From: Macrostomum lignano
Lineage: Eukaryota
Length of the DNA: 64,000 nucleotides
Reading direction: 5' to 3'
Assembly: GCA_002269645.1 (NCBI GenBank)
Contig: NIVC01000691.1
Span: 1 to 64,000, forward strand
Shown: in pieces, positions 33,450 through 50,166 of the stretch
Layout: each line of letters begins with the position of its first letter
How positions within the stretch are numbered: position 1 is the stretch's first letter
The notes under the pieces: generated by a model
What the model saw: the letters and a program-made list of their open reading frames with translations, nothing else
Database searches by the model: none
What the model was told of the DNA's origin: nothing
Translations under genes and position numbers: made by a program

Positions 33450-35239
33450 GGCTGATGGAGAGGCGATAAGAGAGGCGCACCGCGTGCTCCCTTCCAGTCT
33501 CCTTAGTCCTGCTTTTATACAAGCTTCTCCCGATCTGAGCTGCTCCTCGGGAATAATAGGAAAATCGGTGAGACAGGAGCCGAAAGCTGCCCCGTTACAC
33601 GATCTTTCTTTTGCTTGTCTCGAAGTTGTGTTTCGCGGAGACAAGGTTGTTTGAGATCCTCACCTAAGGAGGAATAAAGCAGCCCCCTGCCCAGCGGTAA
33701 GGGTTGGCAGCAGCGGATTAGCTAATCCTGCAGTTCTTTGTACGCCGCTCGCTCGCCAGCGAAACTCGTGTGCAGTCGAATTCCAGATCGAAGCATCAGC
33801 CGAGAGCCGTGTCGCTAATCTTTACCTCTGGCTACTCGACCTAGAGGCAGCCACGGAGAGTCCATCAGCCCGAGCAGCCAATCACGGCCAATCGTGCAAT
33901 GCGAGACGGGTGGGCTGTCGGGGACTGATTTGGCAAAGTCAGTTTTTCATCAAGCCGAGTAGCGGCAGCAGCAGGGGCGGGGCATGGCGGACTCGGAAAG
34001 AAAGGCCGAGGAAAGAGAGAAACCTAATCCAGGGGGGGGAGGGGATTTCAGAGGCCCCGCCACCCGAGGCCACACCCAATGGATGGAGTCCCATTCGGCC
34101 CGCAGTCCTAGATATAGATAGAAAATAAAAAGGCCAAAAACAACTCTGGCCAGCTAATTGCATCAGCAGAAAGGCTCTTTCAGAATCGCTTTACCGCGAA
34201 GCGTATCACACTAATGCTCAATAGTATTGTTGTACGGCAACTTACTAACATATATAAATGCTATGATATGTGCAGTTAGATGCTAATAGATTGCAAATTC
34301 CAGTTAATTTGTCACAGATTTCTCTGATTAGTCATGCGAAGAAGCTAATTTCGATACAGTTTTTGATGCTGCCATCCTGTATCAATGCACTGATACCAGA
34401 GCAATCTGGGTGATCTTCTATTGAACGCTTTCTAGTTTTCAAATCACAAGGCGTATGTCATTATAAATAGCAATTTTTAGATCCTCTTCAATAAAACTTT
34501 AACCAGACTTAAACAAAAGCGAGTTAACTGCTAACTGGGATTCAAGCAACAATGGCTATAATTAGACCTGCTGCACGGATCAGGTGAGTGCCCCCCCCCA
34601 TAAAAAATTGCGATTAGTACGAGTTTCTAAATTTAGACCGTATGGGATTAAAGACTTTAGGGATGTATCGGAAAATCTGAAATCCCGATCCTATCGTCTT
34701 AGTTATAATGCGATTTTTTTAGCGAGCAAGCAAAAATTAAATAAAAATGCTAAATAGTCTACTGACTAAGTAGACGCTACGGCATTTTAATCTTTATTTC
34801 CTTGCAAATCAATTACAACCGCAGTCTCAGTTTTAATTCAATTAGAAATATGATATTCCCTAAAAAGATTAATAATGAGCTTTCTTGAGCAGAAATTTTG
34901 AAATACTACTCATGAAATCTAATTGACTATAAGTGCTACTATTAGGCTGAAGTCGAAATTCGACCAAGTCCAGAATGGAGAAACTGGATCTCAGAACAGT
35001 AGAGATGGGATTAGGCAAAATTTATGGATGAAATAAAGGCTGAAGGGTGAGGCTATGTAGGTACAATGTACTCAAGTTAGTAATGATGTAGAAGGATTGT
35101 CACTTTTTATGGTCTTACGGGCGTAATCAGCTTTGAGAAGTTGCATTGGAAATCAACGATGAGCTCAGATGCCTTAACCTCAGCAATACTTTCTTTTTGA
35201 ATGCCAATAGTTCTAGAAAACTCGCTAAATGCTTACTTG

Positions 35240-35873
<634 letters not shown>

Positions 35874-36275
35874 AAGGACATTCCAATTTGATTTATGCGA
35901 TAGAAAACCAGTTTCCAACTCCGCCTCATCACTCTGCCTAATTCTGTTGAAGATTTTAAGTCGCTTGCGAAAAGGCCTCCTCATGGGGGAATTAGTTGAC
36001 TATTAACAGCCAGCACAAGCCGATGCCCCGAGCAGCAAGCCCGTATCACTGCTGTTTCAACGGGAGCCTCCCAGGCTTCTGGGCAGGGACATTTCCAAGG
36101 GGATTTTGCTATCGCGTAAGGGCGCGGCTATAAAATTCTATGTGGAAGCGGCTGCATCCGGCATATTTTTGATTCGAGGGCGGCCGCGGCTTGTCAGCCT
36201 CAAGCTACCCGCGGGAAGGATTTGCCTGGGCGGCCCAGTTTTTCTGGGATAGAAATATGTAAGCCTAAAATACAT

Positions 36276-36793
<518 letters not shown>

Positions 36794-38007
36794 TTATTTC
36801 CAGACATGCGAGACAGTCAGAGAGGCTCTGCCATTTAATAACTACCCAACTAGCACACAGCACAATCACAAGTAGCTAAAGACACATTCTTCATGCCCCG
36901 TAGACTCAAGAGATTACAGCTGTTCATTTTCCCCACCCCCATCCCACTGTAGCAGCGGCCTGAGCCCGCGAGCGACTGCTGGGGAGGGCGGGGGGCGGCC
37001 AGGTGAGTCACGCGGGATCAAGGAAAAAAAATTACCGACTTCCGGGGAATGGGGAGAATTTTTTCACCGTATTAACACCTGCTGTCGCTGTGCAGATCAT
37101 CTTCCTCACCTTGCTAATCAGGGTCATTGCTGCCTCACTGTAGCTGCTGACTGCTCTGCTATCCGTTGCCGTCAGTCTTCCTCTCATCATTTGCACATCC
37201 ACGAAAAAATAATTTACTCCCCAGATGCTGTCCGTCATCAGCTTAGCGTGAGCTGACGACCCGTCGAAATTCGAGCAAATTCATCTTTTTTGTTTATCTG
37301 CCTGGCATAACAGCGTTGTTAACAAGAGACTATTTGAAAACCCACCTACTCAGCCAATATCTACCTACTGGTAGTTGGCTATCTACCGATATGTTGACAA
37401 CCCCATTCCATTCCTACAAAGAGCAGAAGCTACGGCACTGCAGCACTGCGCAACATGAGTTCCCTCGTTAAGCCTGAAGCCCGACGAAGGCCTTCCAATG
37501 GCAAAGGAAAAAGTGCCTAAAAAACTGACCAACTCAAGTGGCCCATCGGCTCGGCCGACTCAACCTCGAGACCGAAAACTTTTTTAGCAAACAGAAAGAG
37601 GCTCTAATGCAGCCAGTCTGCCCGCACTCTCTCACTCAATTGGTTTATTTGCTGCTCAGCAGAGCTGCGGCTGAGCTGTTCTCACACCTCCCGAGATCGG
37701 GACTCACTCTTCTTAACGGGCTCCACTTCAGCGGTCAGAAGCACCTTCAGCAGTCAGAGGGTGGGGTGGGGGGCTGTGTGCAGAGGTGAACGGAAACTCA
37801 ACAGCTGCGGCGAATGCCATGATCCTCCCGGAATGAGCCGCTTCCCAAAATGATTCCCGAATCCTCAAAATGGCCAAGCAGCAGGGCATGTTTTGCTTCG
37901 ACTATAATTTTTTTCCCGATTTTCACCCCAGCAGCCAGGCAGACGGGAAGTCGACTGGCTTGACGATAAAGTTGGAAGTCTAGAGTTGAAGAATATAGTT
38001 TAGGAGA

Positions 38008-38655
38008 GTGACAGATGACAGATGGTGAGAGTGACAGATAATAACAGATGGTGAGAGTGACAGATATTAACAGATGGTGAGAGTGACAGATAATAACAGA
38101 TGGTGAGAGTGACAGATAATAACAGATGGTGAGAGTGACAGATAATAACAGATGGTGAGAGTGACAGATAATAACAGATGGTGAGAGTGACAGATAATAA
38201 CAGATGGTGAGAGTGACAGATAATAACAGATGGTGAGAGTGACAGATATTAACAGATAGTGAGCGTGACAGATAATAAGAGATGGTGAGAGTGACAGATA
38301 ATAACAGATTGTGAGAGTGACAGATAATAACAGATGGTGAGAGTGACAGATAATAACAGATGGTGAGAGTGACAGATAATAACAGATGGTGAGAGTGACA
38401 GATAATAACAGATGGTGAGAGTGACAGATAATAACAGATGGTGAGAGTGACAGATAATAACAGATGGTGAGAGTGACAGATAATAAGAGATGGTGAGAGT
38501 GACAGATAATAACTGATGGTGAGAGTGACAGATAATAACTGATGGTGAGAGTGACAGATAATAACAGATGGTGAGAGTGACAGATAATAACTGATGGTGA
38601 GAGTGACAGATATTAACAGATGGTGAGAGTGACAGATAATAAGAGATGGTGAGAC
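38008..38655. repeat. Minisatellite, 26-bp unit
   Basis: GAGAGTGACAGATAATAACAGATGGT. Confidence 0.95.
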
Positions 38656-39224
38656 GGACAGATTGCAGCTGTCAGAAATTCATTACCACTTAAAGCTAAA
38701 AAATCAATGTATTTACAAATACATTGGGAAAATTTGTGGACAAAGTGTCAAACTAGAAAACAACATCTCGTGATGCGAGCAGGACGGGCATAGATAAGAG
38801 TGTTGAGCACGACATGAATCAATATATTTTTAGACTTTTGACTAGAGCGTCGCTTGGTTAATACAAAAGGATGAAATCCCCGTTGAAGATGTAAACGCAC
38901 ATCTAGCGATAACAGAGCATGGATGATAATTAAAGCAAGTCAGAATTAGATGTTTTCTGTCTTTCTAGATGTTAAAGATGTTTCTTAAAGAGATCTTAGT
39001 AAATTTTGGCACAATATGCTTATCACAATCAAGAGCTTTTGCATCTGCTTTTTCAGCACCAAGGAAATCTTAATGGAAAAACTATTTTTAGTGGAGTTGC
39101 AAGTCGATGCAACAAAATCTAATTCAATGCCTTTCAAACTCATATCTGTAACTCACTCCCTGTCCGAATACGTCCAACACTGCCAATGAACCCTTTCCCA
39201 GCTGCGAGCTTAACGCCTCAATCC

Positions 39225-39560
39225 CTACCATAAACACCCCGAACAGACAACCCCCTCACTCCCTGCCATAAACACCCCGAACAGACAACCCCCCACTCCC
39301 TGCCATAAACACCCCGAACAGACAACCCCCTCACTCCCTGCCATAAAACACCCCGAACAGCGACAACCCCCTCACTCCCTGCCATAAAACACCCCGAACA
39401 GCGACAAACCCCTCACTCCCTGCCATAAAACACCCCGAACAGCAACAACCCCCTCACTCCCTGCCATAAAACACCCCAAAAGCAACAACCACCTCAATCC
39501 CTGTCCAGAAACACACCCCAACAGCAGAAGCCACCCCACTCCTTGCCATAAAACACCCCA
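39225..39560. repeat. Minisatellite, about 36-40-bp unit, just downstream of the V2 donor
   Basis: CCCCTCACTCCCTGCCATAAAACACCCCGAACAGC(G/A)ACAA. Confidence 0.88.
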
Positions 39561-39608
39561 CCTTCCGAGACTGCCCACCCTAACTCCTGAAAAGATTGAC
39601 AGACTCAC

Positions 39609-40573
39609 CTGGGCAGATTGTTAATAACCGACATGCCCTGGGTGAGTATGCCCAGCAAGGTGAGCACGCCCAGAGACACCCTGGCCGGTACAGCTTCCAC
39701 GCTAATCCAGAAATTGAGCCAGCTAACTGTGACGATCAGAATGGCAGGTATGTAGGTACTGGACAGGTAACTACCCAGCTGTCGTTCCAGCTTGAAGATC
39801 ACTTTCAAGCAGGCGTAACTTCCGGTACTGGTTGCGCTACCTTTGGTGCAATCCAGCGCTTGAATCTCCTTTTCGCGTGGCGTATTAAACTCTGAGATCT
39901 GCATTTCGCCCAGCTCAACGGGCACTTTGTTGCCATCCTTCTTCCACCGGAATAGCAGCTTGGATGTGGTGTAACCGTAGCTGCCGATGTTCATATCGCA
40001 AATTTGCGTGTCCATCGGGAACGTCTGCAACTGCATCTGGCAGGCGAATTTGACTGTGACCTTCTGCGAATAGAGAATGTTCCCGCTGGGATCCACTCTG
40101 ATCAGGTAGTTCGGCTGCGTCATCTCGTGCAGATAGCCCTGCTTGCCGTTCCGGAAGAACAGATCCGGCAACCAGAGGTTGTCCTTCTTAGCTGGAATCG
40201 CGATGGAGTCATTGTAGAAGCTGTACTCCTTGTCGTCCCATCGAAGCCGGTCGTCCTGCCAGAACTGTCGCAGGTACATGTCCAGCGTGAACTCCATGTT
40301 GATGACGTCAACTTTGTTGATGCTGAGGATCTTCATATTGACGTCAACGGCTGTTGGATCCTCTTCGATTTTGCCGTCCTTCGACTGTCGACTCATCGGC
40401 ACTGGACGATGGTGCTTATTGTAGTTGCGGAAGATCGAGTCCACTATTCTGTCCACAATGTTTGTGTAGTTGTTCAACGACGGCTGGCGTGCGGAGGCCT
40501 GCAGCGGCAGCAGCAGCAGCAGCTGGTGCAGCACCAGGAGAAGCGACAGCACCTGCAGCTGCAGCACCTCCAT
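39609..40573 (-). CDS. Second Cys-loop channel exon V2 (signal peptide, extracellular domain, M1, M2) with no M3-M4 exon of its own; probable alternative first exon spliced to 30683
   Basis: Intact frame from ATG 40573 (MEVLQLQVLSLLLVLHQLLLLLPLQASA) to ...NNLP AG|GTGAGT, a phase-2 donor at the same codon as in V1. Roughly 70-80% amino-acid identity to V1 by eye. No M3/M4-like sequence seen between 33450 and 39608. Confidence 0.85.
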
Positions 40574-42732
40574 GTGCCAGTTGGGCAAGTTGCCGACTTT
40601 CTCTCTAATCCGAGAGTGCTGGTTTGGTTTGGTTGAAAACTTGCCAAGCCCAGAACGTCGCGTCGCAAAGAATACAGATCAGAACGTCAATTTGAAGGCT
40701 CTTCAGTTTGCAAGCCGATTCAAGGCCGCTGGTTGGCTGTGCGAGAGAGGGGTCAGCCTTTCATGTCTGTTAATTGGGAATAGGAATCTGCCCGGTTCTG
40801 ATTGGCTAGGAGTTGATTTTGGGAGTAAGGAAATGGCTGGAGTGGCCTAAGTATGATAAAGTAACAGATAAATTACCCAGCAGCAAAGAGTTTTGCATAC
40901 GTAAATGCTGAATACTTTTCTGGAGTCCATAATGAAGTGTAATTATTAAACAGACGCTGGTCAAAGCAAAAATCAATCAACTTATTAAAATATAAGCATC
41001 TTTTAACAGAAAAATACCCGTGTAACCAAATCAACATGGTAGTCTGGCCTCTATAAAGGCCTTTTAAAAACCCTATTAAACAATCTTAATTTCCCTAGAG
41101 GAAAACTTAGTGTCGCCAATGCAAGACATGACAAATCATGGCCCACTGCAATGTCCTCATATGCCCTGATGAGTCGCGATAATCTTGCTGACAAATAACG
41201 ACCGATAAATTTCAGACTAACCGTGAACTTTTTTAAACTCCTAATTTAAAAGCCAGCCAGCGCCAGCAAAGATGCATCGCTTTCAACTTTGCCATTTTAA
41301 AGAACCAAGCTAACGAAAACGCAGTTAAAGTACGGTAAAGATAAGTGAACAGAGTATCGAGTTCCCCAATTAGACTGGCGAGAGGCGCAGACCCTGTTTT
41401 ACAATTTTGTTTAAATTCGAAAACAAGGAAAGAGCATTTTACCGGTATGGCTGTTGCATGGACCCAACTTTAATGGCTACTGGCCAGAAGCCTGGCTAAA
41501 CAAGACTGCAACATGCTCTGCCGTTTTTATGATCTAACGAGTATATTTATGACAGGGCCCAGACGGCCTCTTCGTGTTTACCAAAATATCAAGAGAAAAT
41601 ACAAAAATCTGGTATACCGGTGCCTGGGAGCACCGGTACGCAAGGCAAACATCCTGGGGTTTTCTTCTTCTTCTAGAAAGTTCTTAAACTTCAGCGGTCA
41701 AGTCTGGACAAGTCTTGACAGTTGCCAAGCGAGTCAATGGGCCAACAGTCAGGCTAGCCAGCTGCCTCCAGTGCGCGTCATCATTCATGCGGCTCTCGGT
41801 GTTGCATCCACCAACCAGACTGCAAGCTGTCTGATATTAGCGCTGCCTGAGATATCTGCCACCATCGGAGGCAGCGAACTGACAAGTTGTGAAAGGTAAC
41901 ACAACGCAGCAAAACTGAAGCAACAAGCCGGCTTAGGATAGAGGAGGAAAGTCGAGGAAAGAATGGGAAAAAATTTGCAGTTGTTAGTGTGTTGCTTTTT
42001 TGGGGTGTTTTTTCTTCAACTGCGGCATGACAGATTCTGGACAGGGAGCGGGGCACAGGCAGGCTGACGGATTCGAGGTTAATAAGAGACTTTCGCAGCG
42101 GGGAAAAGAGAGGAGGCGTCCTCAGCGACGCGACAGTCGTGAATAAGCTAACGACCTGAAGGAATCGAGAAGCTGGCTAAGCTGCACTGACATTGCAGGG
42201 CTTCCCTTGCGTGGCTCAGGACTGCGGACTGGTTTTGGCCAGTCACCAGCTGCACGCTGCCCGCGACGCAGCTCCCTTCTCTTGTTTTCTCTTCTGCAAG
42301 AGATGAAGAAAGCAGATTTCGCCAGGAAAAATTTATAGTTAGCTAGCTGTCCTGCCGAAAGCTGCAAAAGTGAATACGCCATTTTTTTCAACATTCCACA
42401 GATCAGATTTTTGACCTCTGGCATTGTTTATATATAAGTTATTGTTTATAATCTACTAGTGTAATCGAATTCCGCTGTTCTATTTCTGGGATTTAAAGAT
42501 CGTGTCGAGTTTGAATATTTACGAAATCCAAGCCGATGCAGAGAATTTCGATTTTCTGTCGCGATCAAATTTCAGCGCATCGACAAGGCAGGCCTCAGAA
42601 GGAATCGAACTTTTTTCAGAGTTCAATTTAGCGTGCTGATATTCATCTGGATAATTTCTTATTTGATGGTTCGAAGTGGATTCTTGTTATAAAAACCGCG
42701 TCTCTATGTGGGCAAGAAAAGAAAGTGCTCAG

Positions 42733-42883
<151 letters not shown>

Positions 42884-43239
42884 AGAAAGCAAGAAACAGA
42901 AAGAGACTGCCAGAGAAGAGCAAACAATGGCTTAAGAAGGGGTTGCAACTCGTTGGCATCCTTGAGGTATATAGAAGGCTAGACATTGAGGTTGTGCACT
43001 CTGTTTGCCATATAGGAGTCCTTCTTGACCTCAGAATTACAAATTTTGGTCTCTTAACCCCGTATGCTTCACCCCAATTTCTCTTTCCTTTTCTCTCTTT
43101 CTTACATGCAATCTTACAGTACTTTTAAAGAATGCAATTGTAGTTTAACAATCGAACATTATCCCACGATGTATTCTACTAGAAATACATTCGTGAGAAA
43201 ATGTGCTTGTGCATATGGTTCTGTCATAGACAATGTCCA

Positions 43240-44665
43240 AAACCATAGACATAATCCGCCATTGTCTGACTCCAGAACCATAGACACAATCTGCCATTGT
43301 CTGACTCCAAAACCAATACAGACACAATCTGCCATTGTCTGACTCCAAAACCAATACAGACACAATCTGCCATTGTCTGACTCCAAAACCATAGACACAA
43401 TCTGCCATTGTCTGACTCCAGAACCATAGACACAATCTGCCATTGTCTGACTCCACAACCATAGACACAATCTGCCATTGTCTGACTCCAGAACCAATAC
43501 AGACACAATCTGCCATTGTCTGACTCCACAACCATAGACACAATCTGCCATTGTCTGACTCCACAACCATAGACACAATCTGCCATTGTCTGACTCCACA
43601 ACCATAGACACAATCTGCCATTGTCTGACTCCAGAACCAATACAGACACAATCTGCCATTGTCTGACTCCACAACCATAGACACAATCTGCCATTGTCTG
43701 ACTCCACAACCATAGACACAATCTGCCATTGTCTGACTCCACAACCATAGACACAATCTGCCATTGTTTAACTCCATAACCATAGACACAATCTGCCATT
43801 GTCTGACTCCAGAACCATAGACACAATCTGCCATTGTCTGACTCCACAACCAATACAGACACCATCTGCCATGTCTGACTCCAGAACCAATACAGACACA
43901 ATCTGCCATTGTCTGACTCCACAACCAATACAGACACAATCTGCCATTTTCTGACTCCGGAACCAATACACACACAATCTGCCATGTCTGACTCCAGAAA
44001 CAGACACAATCTGCCGTTGTCTGACTCCAGAACCATAGACACAATCTGCCATTGTCTGACTCCACAACCAATACAGACACAATCTGCCATTGTCTGACTC
44101 CGGAACCAATACACACACAATCTGCCATGTCTGACTCCAGAAACAGACACAATCTGGCATTGTCTGACTCCAGAACCATAGACACAATCTGCCATTGTCT
44201 GACTCCACAACCAATACAGACACAGTCTGCCATTGTTTAACTCCATAACCATAGAAACAATCTGCCATTGTCTGACTCCAGAACCATAGACACAATCTGC
44301 CATTGTCTGACTCCACAACCAATACAGACACAATCTGCCATTGTTTAACTCCATAACCATAGACACAATCTGCCATTGTCTGACTCCAGAACCATAGACA
44401 CAATCTGCCATTGTCTGACTCCACAACCAATACAGACACAATCTGCCATTGTTTAACTCCATAACCATAGACACAATCTGCCATTGTCTGACTCCAGAAC
44501 CATAGACACAATCTGCCATTGTCTGACTCCACAACCATAGACACAATCTGCCATTGTCTGACTCCACAACCAATACAGACACAATCTGCCATTGTTTAAC
44601 TCCATAACCATAGACACAATCTGCCATTGTCTGACTCCAAAACCATAGACAAAATCTGCCATTGT
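43240..44665. repeat. Satellite with 35-bp and 39-bp unit variants
   Basis: GACACAATCTGCCATTGTCTGACTCCAGAACCATA and the ...ACCAATACA variant. Confidence 0.95.
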
Positions 44666-45287
44666 GGAAGTCTATGACCATGCAATTTCATAGAATTCAT
44701 GGAGATATTGTGAAATATCGTCAGTTTGATGCTGCGAGCGTAAAAACGAAAAATGACTTTCTATATTTTGGTGATTAATTTTTCAATTGAGAATGGGTCT
44801 CTAGTGAAATTCACACAATTCAGAAATTTAGGATTCAGTATTTCGCTGTCAACCGCTTCTTTCACTTTCGTTAGTCAGGCAACCGACGAAGAAAAACCGC
44901 TACAGAGAGCCCCCTCTGTTCGTGACAGACTGCAGAACCGGGCCAATTACTATTTTGTCGAGTTTTATATTTCAAACACAACATGCAGCCAGAATCCAGT
45001 TCGGCATGTCGAATATTCATTACTACAGTTGCTATATACCAAATGATGAGTTGCTTAAATTCTGTCTACACGTGACTTCAAGGCGAAATTATATTCAGAA
45101 TGAAACATATAGGCCTACTATTGGGAAATATTTACGCTTTGAATAATAAAGACAGTTGCAAGGTTTTATAAGGGGCACATGGACAGTGAGAAAGGAAGAA
45201 TTCTGTAGAGCACATATATAGACACTAAAATCTCGTTTGCAATGCCATCGTGGGAAGCCAACTTTTAATAATTGAAAGTCAGCCAGC

Positions 45288-46217
<930 letters not shown>

Positions 46218-49043
46218 TACAAACTCTGAATACGGACAGGCCTGGCGGAAAAGACACACAGGATGACAGTATATCAAATAACTGCATATGACAAGAGACT
46301 TACAAAGGGTGCCGCTGTATATAGAGACTCACAAAGATTCGATAGCATAGTATTTACAGAAGTGCGAGAGTCGTTGATTCAAAAGATTGAAAACGAAGAA
46401 CCATGGCTGCCCTGTGAGACAGGGAGGCAGATTCTGAGGCAGAAGAAAAGCATCATCCAGCTGCATGTCTGCATGAGACGAACACAGAGTTTTCGCCTTC
46501 ATCTAACCGTCCCAGCAGCTATCGGATGCCCTTCGGGGACTCAAAAGGCAGGGCATGCAGAGCAGAACCAACCAACTATCTGGCAGCAGTCCAGAAGGGA
46601 TTGAAGACAATCGATATGCCTGTGCAGTCCCAGGCCAAGGAGATCTGGAACTAAGAGTCTGGAATAGCAGCTATAGGCGAGCAGAAAGGCGAATTGCTGT
46701 GCCTGATTACAATTTTTATTGTTGTGAATCAAATTTTAAAACATTCCGAAATCTCAACAAAGAAAACACATGAGATTTTTAAATAAAATTTAAAATTAAG
46801 TTTTTATTTTAAACTTAAATTCAAAATTTTAAGCGATTTTTTCCGTGAGATTAACTGCAAAACAAGGAATTGTTTTTATTGACGGATTTTATCTGATGGT
46901 GCAGCTTCCAGCTGGTATTCCAGTTTCTTAGTTCTAGAATTCCTTGGCACAGATTTCTTCCAACTGAAATCTCTTATATAGCCAAGCCCCATAGCCTGTC
47001 TACTCCACCAGTCTTAATGGCAAGAGCGCGAGTTTATGAGAGAATTTTGAATATCAGCATGTGGCTGCTGCTGGTGGATGCTATAAATTGATAGATAGAA
47101 GTTTCTCTACTTGTCTCTATATTAGGCATTTAACAATCTCCCTTAGAAAGTATTGATTCGGTTTCGAAGAAAACTGAGTTGTAGATTTATCAAACCCTGC
47201 GACTTTGATAATTAATAAACTAGAAAATTTAATAAATACATGTATTGATCAGAAACTATAAGCACTTCTCCCATGAGTGCCATTGCACTGAAAAAGTATA
47301 AGTCGCTTTCTGATCGAATACAATAAACAAAAACAGTTCAATATCCTATAGTAGTCCTTATTTTAGACAAGCATTCGGTCTAAAAATAGTAAATATATTT
47401 CTTAAACTAGCTTTCATAAAAAAATTGATTCCATTTGGAAAACATATCGTAACTATTCTATAGTAGTATGAAGTAATTACTTAAAAAATTATTTGTTGTC
47501 AAAAGAGCCGATACACGACAAGATAATTATCTTTAACCAATAATAAAACTTGTGATTGGTGACCATTAATAAACATTTGTTTCATGCTTTGCTTTTTTTA
47601 AATGCAAAAAGTGCGCAGCAGAACACAGAAAATTTACAGATTATGCTTCGTTTTTCCTTTCTAATTGGTAGTTTAAATTAAAATTTGCGCGTAAGCTACT
47701 GTTTGGATGGAGAAAATGAATATAAGTAGTATGTCCCGTAGACAATTTCAAACTGGATCAACAACATACACGGCTATTAGTAAATTTTTTTGCAAGGTCT
47801 GGTGTATATGTAGCTTGTAGTCTTGTTATTGCCATAGCAAGACTCCTGTTTTTCTTTTATACTGTACTGTATGTACTGTAATAAAAGTTTTGGTTCGTTT
47901 CTGTATAAAGTACATGATACAAACTGAACTATAAATTTTCAAAGTTAAGCACATCTTATTTGCCTTTATTAAATCTCTTCAACCATCGAGTCTTTTTGGC
48001 GTCACCGGGATTAAGAGGCTGACATAACCTTAATACTGTACATGTCTCCTTTGAGATCTTCGTTGACACTTTGATTCTACTTATACAGTAGTATATACGG
48101 CATGTTTCCGATCTACTTCACTCTTTGAAAAATTCACCAAGTCTTGAAACACGCTTCTCAATATTCAGTTAAAAAACACTAGTCTCTGATCCTGACAAAA
48201 TTTGCGTTTATTTATACTAATCTTTTGGTCCGTTTAAAACAAAAATACATATGCATATGTAAAGCATTTTACGGTAAAATAAACAGAAAACTCCAAATAA
48301 ATATTTTGTATAATCATTACAACGTGCTTCGGCGTACTTTGACCATTCTTAATTTTGTTGTCTAAGGTTGAACAGAACTTATAGCATAATCACATGCTCT
48401 CGTACCACGACATTTCATTGCCCGCAGTGCCAGCTTTTTGCGCCACACTCTATACTGCCTACTTATTAGTAGGTGAACTCTGACAGAAGCTGCGACTCCC
48501 CAGTTCTCCCCCAGTCGGGAGCTCGCCGACTCGTGCTTTCGAGAGTAGCAGAAAAACACAAAAACTCAAGAATATTCGTAAAATTCATAGGAAAGCGTGA
48601 GATCATTCGAAAATAAATATAATTTCAGAGACAGATAAGGGCAGACAAAAATAGAATTTAACGAATTTAGGGCTACAAGGCGAGGCAAATGTGATTAAAC
48701 TTACATCAGGATTAGTAGTAGGAGGGTGGCGTACTTTGACACAGAGGAACTCAATGAGGGACTAAAAAACCGGAGGAGAAATGCGAATATGGTATTTAGC
48801 GTCCAGCTGAATTCTTTAAGCAAATAGCGATCGCACCTAATTCTTAGAATATGGTTCTTCCCCAGATAACTATTCAATACGAGGCAAACGGAATTCCCAC
48901 TCGTCAATATATAGTAAAATAAGAAATAAGAAGGCCAAAGTGCATTTGTGTCTAAAACTAATCGTGGAACGTTATTCAACAAAAATAGAGAAAAAAACTA
49001 CTAAGAAAAATATAGTGAATCCGTAGAAAAAGATAAATAATAC

Positions 49044-49435
49044 CAGGGTGTCCCATAAGTAACTTTACAACTTGTTTCGTGAATAACTCTGTGATTAATG
49101 CTTGGATCCCCACCAGATTTTAGCATAGGAAAATATATAGAAAAGGGATTTCTTTGACACCAAAAGCATGTTCGTACGTTAAAAAATACAGTCCGTTCAG
49201 GGTCCTTCGATGTGGCCACCGCCGTTTGTAAGGCAGGCCTTCAGCCGCCGCGGAAAAGTACAGCAGGGCTTTGGTAAGCGTCTCAGGCGAAATCTGGGCC
49301 TGATATGAACATGCTTTTGGTGTAAAAAAGTCCCTTTTCTATATATTTTCCTATGCTAAAATCTGGTTGGGATCCAAGCATTAATAACAAAGTTATTAAC
49401 GAAACAAGTTGTAAAGTTACTTATGGGACACCCTG
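49044..49435. mobile_element. Tc1/mariner-type MITE, about 390 bp
   Basis: Terminal inverted repeats of about 130 bp (49044-49177 and 49304-49435) begin CAGGGTGTCCCATAAGTAACTTTACAACTTGTTTCG. TA lies on both sides (one extra C at the left end). The paralogous site near 54041 carries a single TA and no insert. Confidence 0.9.
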
Positions 49436-50166
49436 TATTTTTTTCTACTGCATGAAGTCTCGTCAGAGAGCGAATGCTCACTATAACAGAAAAGCAGGTT
49501 GAGAATTAAAAAAGGAACAACATGCCCTGGGTAAAAGTTTTTAAAGCCGAAAAGTCGGCCTAAATCAATATACTGAGTAAAACGCACCATAAATAAAAAT
49601 AAAAATAGGGCTCTCATTTAAAACAAAATGTTTCATGAAAGTAGTTGTCTTAGAAACCCAGGAAGCATCAAAGTTAATAAAAGCGATGTGAATAATGTTC
49701 GTTCATGCACGTAGAAAAAAGAATAGAATAACAAATAAATCATATTTCACTAATTTCAGTTCACATAAGGCATTTCTTATAGAAAGTTATGGAAGGACCG
49801 TTTGCTTAAAAATTCCATTTACAAATTTTTGTGCATGATCCATTGGAAGTTCTTGGTAGGCCAAGCCAAAGGAACTCGCAGATCAAAAGGGAGAGTTTGG
49901 GTTAAAGCCCAAATGATTGGTTATTTGGGTTGCTGATGTCTTAGGCTACTTCAAGTAGATCATCGATAGTATATCTCCTAGATGGGCTTTCAGGATTGAT
50001 ATTTTTTCCCTGGGATACTAACAATACAGGGTAAAAATCTAAACTCAGGGTCAAAATATAGCGATTTCTAAGAAAAATATTCAAAATATAAACGTTTATT
50101 AAACACCATGCATATGCACAGTAAATTTAAGTGATAAAGGGATCACAAGTATCTAGTCGAAAAAAG

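Noticed and set aside
37032-37238. 68-aa minus-strand ORF as the missing M3-M4 exon of V2
   Set aside because: No AIDIW/M3 or M4 motif, no suitable hydrophobic helices and no phase-2 acceptor match.
46400-46700. Faint resemblance to the C-terminal end of an RTE-type LINE ORF (PFGDSKGRACRAEPTNYLAAVQKGL)
   Set aside because: Too weak without a profile search; no RT motifs or tail found.
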